A stretch of 64,000 nucleotides of DNA from Halarcobacter sp. (GTDB taxonomy: Bacteria; Campylobacterota; Campylobacteria; Campylobacterales; Arcobacteraceae). Positions 60,712 through 64,000 of the stretch are shown piece by piece; position 1 is the stretch's first letter, and every line of letters begins with the position of its first letter. A program made the position numbers and the translations under genes. The notes beneath the pieces are model-generated. The model had not been told where the DNA came from. It did not search any database and saw nothing but the letters and a program-made list of their open reading frames with translations. Location of the stretch: the NCBI GenBank assembly GCA_048571215.1, contig CP182352.1:32001-96000 (forward strand). Direction: 5' to 3'.

Positions 60712-61024
60712 TTTTGATATATTTTTAGCAATCTTGGTTATGAGTTTAGTAAACTATTTTACAAGAGCTTTCCCCTTTTTGTTTTTTACAAAAAAAGAGT
60801 TGCCAAGTTCTTTAGTATTTATTGAGAAATTTTTTCCCGCAACTATAATGATGATTTTAATTTTTTATTCAATAAAAGAGGTTCAGTTTTTAACTTATCC
60901 CTATGGGACAAAAGAGCTTTTAGCTATATTAGTTACTATAGTTTTACACCTAAGTTTAAAAAACTATCTAATCTCAATCTTTTTTGGAACAATATCTTAT
61001 ATGGTACTAGTACAATATCTTTAA
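60704..61024 (+). CDS. azlD: AzlD-family small subunit
   Basis: TRAFPF, hydrophobic, follows azlC; start ATG 60704. Confidence 0.85.
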   Translation: MDNFDIFLAILVMSLVNYFTRAFPFLFFTKKELPSSLVFIEKFFPATIMMILIFYSIKEVQFLTYPYGTKELLAILVTIVLHLSLKNYLISIFFGTISYMVLVQYL

Positions 61025-61094
61025 TTTATAAATAATAATACTTTTTAAATACCATTTTCTGATAAAATTTTTAAAAGTAGATAGGAGATATAAG

Positions 61095-61410
61095 ATGAGT
61101 TCAACATTTTTTGTATTTATTTTTATAAAAGTTTTAATAGATATTATTTTTACTGGTTCCCTTGTTTATTTTTCATATAGACAAAGTGCCTAGTGCTTAT
61201 TATAAACTTTTTTTAATAAGTCTTGCTACTTATTATCTTTTTTTTAGTTTATTTTAGCTTTTTTATTAATCTTTTTATTTTTTAATTCATTATATTTTTT
61301 TAATCATATTCTCACTGTATTTGGGCTATATAGATTTTTTATCTTTTATATAACATTATTTATTTAAAGTAATATACCTAGAGTGAAGATAAAAGCAAGG
61401 GTAAATAAGT
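61095..61410 (+). pseudogene. Short hydrophobic ORF (61095-61193), possibly the remnant of a membrane protein gene
   Basis: AGGAG RBS then MSSTFFVFIFIKVLIDIIFTGSLVYFSYRQSA*; hydrophobic coding-like sequence with stops continues downstream. Confidence 0.35.
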
Positions 61411-61466
61411 GAAAATAATTGTTTCATAAGTTATAATACTTTAGATAATTTAATTTAGGATAAAAG

Positions 61467-61904
61467 ATGATAAATGAGATAATAGAAAATGAAGAATATA
61501 AACAACTGGTTAGTAAGCAGGTAAAAGAGACTATAGAATATTTAATTAATAATGATCAAGAGTTTGCAGTTACTGCAAATATAGAAGCAATAAGTTTTAA
61601 TCCAGAGTTACCACAAAATACCCAAGAGCAGTTGTCTAAGTTTTCACTTTTTGTATTGTCAAACTATACGTATACTACTATAAAACTTGATGAAAATCAT
61701 ATCTTTTTTGAAGCAGGTTTTGGAAGTGAAAACTTTGGTTCAACAGTAAAAATCCCTTTTTATGCAATTTTTCAAATAGTTGTTCAAGAGTCTATACTTT
61801 TTGTAAATTCTGTAGCAACTGTAGATAAATTTAATAAAAATTTAAAAGATAAATCACTTAATATATTCAAAAATAATCCAAACAATAAAAATTTATTAAA
61901 ATAG
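61467..61904 (+). CDS. Hypothetical protein
   Basis: 145 aa ORF with AGGA RBS; FEAGFGSENFGS segment. Confidence 0.75.
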   Translation: MINEIIENEEYKQLVSKQVKETIEYLINNDQEFAVTANIEAISFNPELPQNTQEQLSKFSLFVLSNYTYTTIKLDENHIFFEAGFGSENFGSTVKIPFYAIFQIVVQESILFVNSVATVDKFNKNLKDKSLNIFKNNPNNKNLLK

Positions 61905-61911
61905 GTAGCCT

Positions 61912-62502
61912 ATGAGACTACTTGTTTTTGATAAAGATCATAACCAAATCGATGGAGATTCTATCTCTATTTTAAGTAAAAGTTTAAAAGATTATTCTAT
62001 AACTTTAACAACAGATATAGCTGATGCAAAAAAACTATATGAGAGTAATAAATTTGATATTTTAATTATCGACTTTACTACAGATAGTGGGAAAGAGTTC
62101 CTAGATTTTGTTATGGAAGTAAATAAACACCAAAGGGTTATTACAATAGGATATGAACTAACCCATAGTGAAAAACAAGGTTGTGAATATTGTGAAGAAA
62201 ACTATTTAAGAAAAAGGTTAGTAAAACCTATAAGTATTGTTAATTTGTATAAAACTATTATAAATTTTGACAATATTAGATGTGAATATAGGGATAAATT
62301 TAGTGACCCAGTAGTAATAGTAGAACAATTATTAAATAAATACAATTACTTTAAATTTGATGAATCAAAATCAATACTTTATACTTACGCTGATGGAACA
62401 AGAGTATTAAGACAATATCTAGATTTGATAAATGATTTACAAGCTTATGGTATAAAGTATAAAATAGTTGATGATAAAACCATTAAGGTTTTATCAAAGT
62501 AA
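61912..62502 (+). CDS. Atypical receiver-domain protein
   Basis: MRLLVFD, FDILIID, LVKP; CEYC motif and a short C-terminal domain. Confidence 0.65.
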   Translation: MRLLVFDKDHNQIDGDSISILSKSLKDYSITLTTDIADAKKLYESNKFDILIIDFTTDSGKEFLDFVMEVNKHQRVITIGYELTHSEKQGCEYCEENYLRKRLVKPISIVNLYKTIINFDNIRCEYRDKFSDPVVIVEQLLNKYNYFKFDESKSILYTYADGTRVLRQYLDLINDLQAYGIKYKIVDDKTIKVLSK

Positions 62503-63501
62503 TTATTTTAGAGGAGAAAATGGGAAAAGTGCACTACCCCAAGTAAGACCACCACCAAAAGCATCAAATAAAATAGTATCACCAGCTTTTATTTTACCTT
62601 GCTCATAAGCGTAGTTCATTGCCATAGGTATTGAAGCAGCAGAAGTATTTCCATACTTATCTACAGTTACAATTGTTTGTTCTTCACTTAAACCTAAAGC
62701 ATCACCAACAGCTTTTATAATTCTATAATTTGCTTGATGCGGTATAAAGTGAGTGATATCTTTATTTGAGATATTATGTTTTTCCATCATATCTTTTACA
62801 TCAGAGGTTAAAGTTCTAACTGCAAGTTTGAAAGTCTCATTCCCTTTCATTTTGATACAAGCCATTTTTTGGTCTAATACCTCTTGTGAACAAGGGTGTT
62901 TACTTCCTCCACCTGGAGTTTTAATAAGGTCATCATAGTTTCCATCACTTGAACAGTTAATATCAACTATCGCTTCCTCTTTTTTGTCAGTTGCAGAGAC
63001 AATAGCAGCACCTGCACCATCTCCAAAAATAAAACATGTACCTCTATCTGTATAATCTAAGATTGAAGAATAAGTTTCTGCACCTACTATAAGCACATTT
63101 TTTTTCATTCCTGATTCAATAAATGCTTTAGCAATAGATAAAGCATAAACAAAACCTGTACACGCTGCACTTACATCAAAAGCTTGTACAGGTGGTAAAT
63201 CAATTTTTGATGCTATTAAACAAGCAGTAGAGGGCATACATAAATAATCAGGTGTTACTGTAGCACAAATAACTAAATCTATATCCTCTTTTGCTAATCC
63301 AGATCTTTCAATCGCTTGTTGTGCAGCTCGCGCACCCAAATCTGATGAAGCTTCATTTTCTTCTGATAGTCTTCTTTCTTTGATACCAGTTCTTTTTGTA
63401 ATCCATTCATCAGTTGTGTCAATGATTTTCTCAAAATCTGAGTTAGTCATTATTCTAGGAGGAATGTATGCTCCTATTGATCTAAATGCCGCATATGCCA
63501 T
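62503..63501 (-). CDS. fabH: Beta-ketoacyl-ACP synthase III
   Basis: AACTGF, PHQAN, GNTSAAS, FGGGLTWG. Confidence 0.97.
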   Translation of the reverse strand: MAYAAFRSIGAYIPPRIMTNSDFEKIIDTTDEWITKRTGIKERRLSEENEASSDLGARAAQQAIERSGLAKEDIDLVICATVTPDYLCMPSTACLIASKIDLPPVQAFDVSAACTGFVYALSIAKAFIESGMKKNVLIVGAETYSSILDYTDRGTCFIFGDGAGAAIVSATDKKEEAIVDINCSSDGNYDDLIKTPGGGSKHPCSQEVLDQKMACIKMKGNETFKLAVRTLTSDVKDMMEKHNISNKDITHFIPHQANYRIIKAVGDALGLSEEQTIVTVDKYGNTSAASIPMAMNYAYEQGKIKAGDTILFDAFGGGLTWGSALFPFSPLK

Positions 63502-63526
63502 TAAAATTCCTTAAATAAAAGAGATA

Positions 63527-64000
63527 CTATTGTATTTTGTTAGTATAACGTTTTAATTTTTCTTCAATATCAATATCTAAATTAGAACTTGCTGCTGTTA
63601 TTGCTTGTAAAATTGCATTTTGTATTGCTTTTGGGTTAGATTTACCATGTGCAATAATAACAGGTGCTTTTACACCAAGTAGTGGTGCTCCACCATACTC
63701 TGCATAGTCAACTCTAACTTTTAAGTTCTTAAATACTTTTCTCATTAAAACTGCACCTGCAATTGAAATAAGAGATCTTTTAAGATTTTTTTTGATGATT
63801 TTTCCAATTGTATCAGCAACACCTTCTGCTGTTTTTAGCAGAATATTTCCGATAAAACCATCACAAACTACAACATCTACAGTTCCCTTAAAGATATCAC
63901 TACCTTCAACGTTTCCAGCAAAGTTAGGAACTTTTGATATTAATTCAAAAGCTTCTTTTGTAACTTCGTTACCTTTACTTTCTTCTTCACCATTACTTAA
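63527..64000 (-). CDS. plsX: Phosphate acyltransferase PlsX (3' part, runs off the window)
   Basis: [39 protein letters not shown]; upstream of fabH. Confidence 0.93.
   Translation of the reverse strand, partial: LSNGEEESKGNEVTKEAFELISKVPNFAGNVEGSDIFKGTVDVVVCDGFIGNILLKTAEGVADTIGKIIKKNLKRSLISIAGAVLMRKVFKNLKVRVDYAEYGGAPLLGVKAPVIIAHGKSNPKAIQNAILQAITAASSNLDIDIEEKLKRYTNKIQ

Noticed and set aside
1..64000. tRNA, rRNA, prophage, CRISPR or selenocysteine recoding
   Set aside because: None recognised by eye; the Fdh-like gene has a Cys codon at the Sec-equivalent position. A covariance-model scan would be needed to exclude small RNAs.

Overview
AT-rich chromosomal window from a Campylobacterota bacterium, most likely Arcobacteraceae (NavAb-like channel, HP0268 and Cj0069 family genes, futalosine-pathway mqnE). 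The flanks are housekeeping genes (mqnE, miaB, nusA, cysS, Fe3+ ABC, rpsF-ssb-rpsR, holA, pepA; pyk, argD, pyrB, pabB/C, fabH, plsX). The centre (about 20.4-45.1 kb) is a ~25 kb alcohol-oxidation island. It encodes a PQQ alcohol dehydrogenase with the lanthanide-type WDFDG motif (PedH/ExaF-like) and a lipoprotein signal, cytochrome c550 PedF, a PedA1A2BC-like ABC set, a second NitT/TauT-type ABC transporter, a porin, a SoxYZ-like carrier and MBL hydrolase, pqqABCDE (pqqA is missing from the ORF track), an aldehyde dehydrogenase with DUF779, and a soluble FIST-domain kinase with an OmpR-type regulator. Seven promoters in the island share a direct repeat (GCTAWA-N5-GCTATA) placed exactly 9 nt upstream of a -10 box, which defines a probable regulon. 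A frameshifted IS256 element with an 8-bp target duplication sits inside a terminator hairpin in the island. All functional calls come from motif recognition only; no database searches were run.
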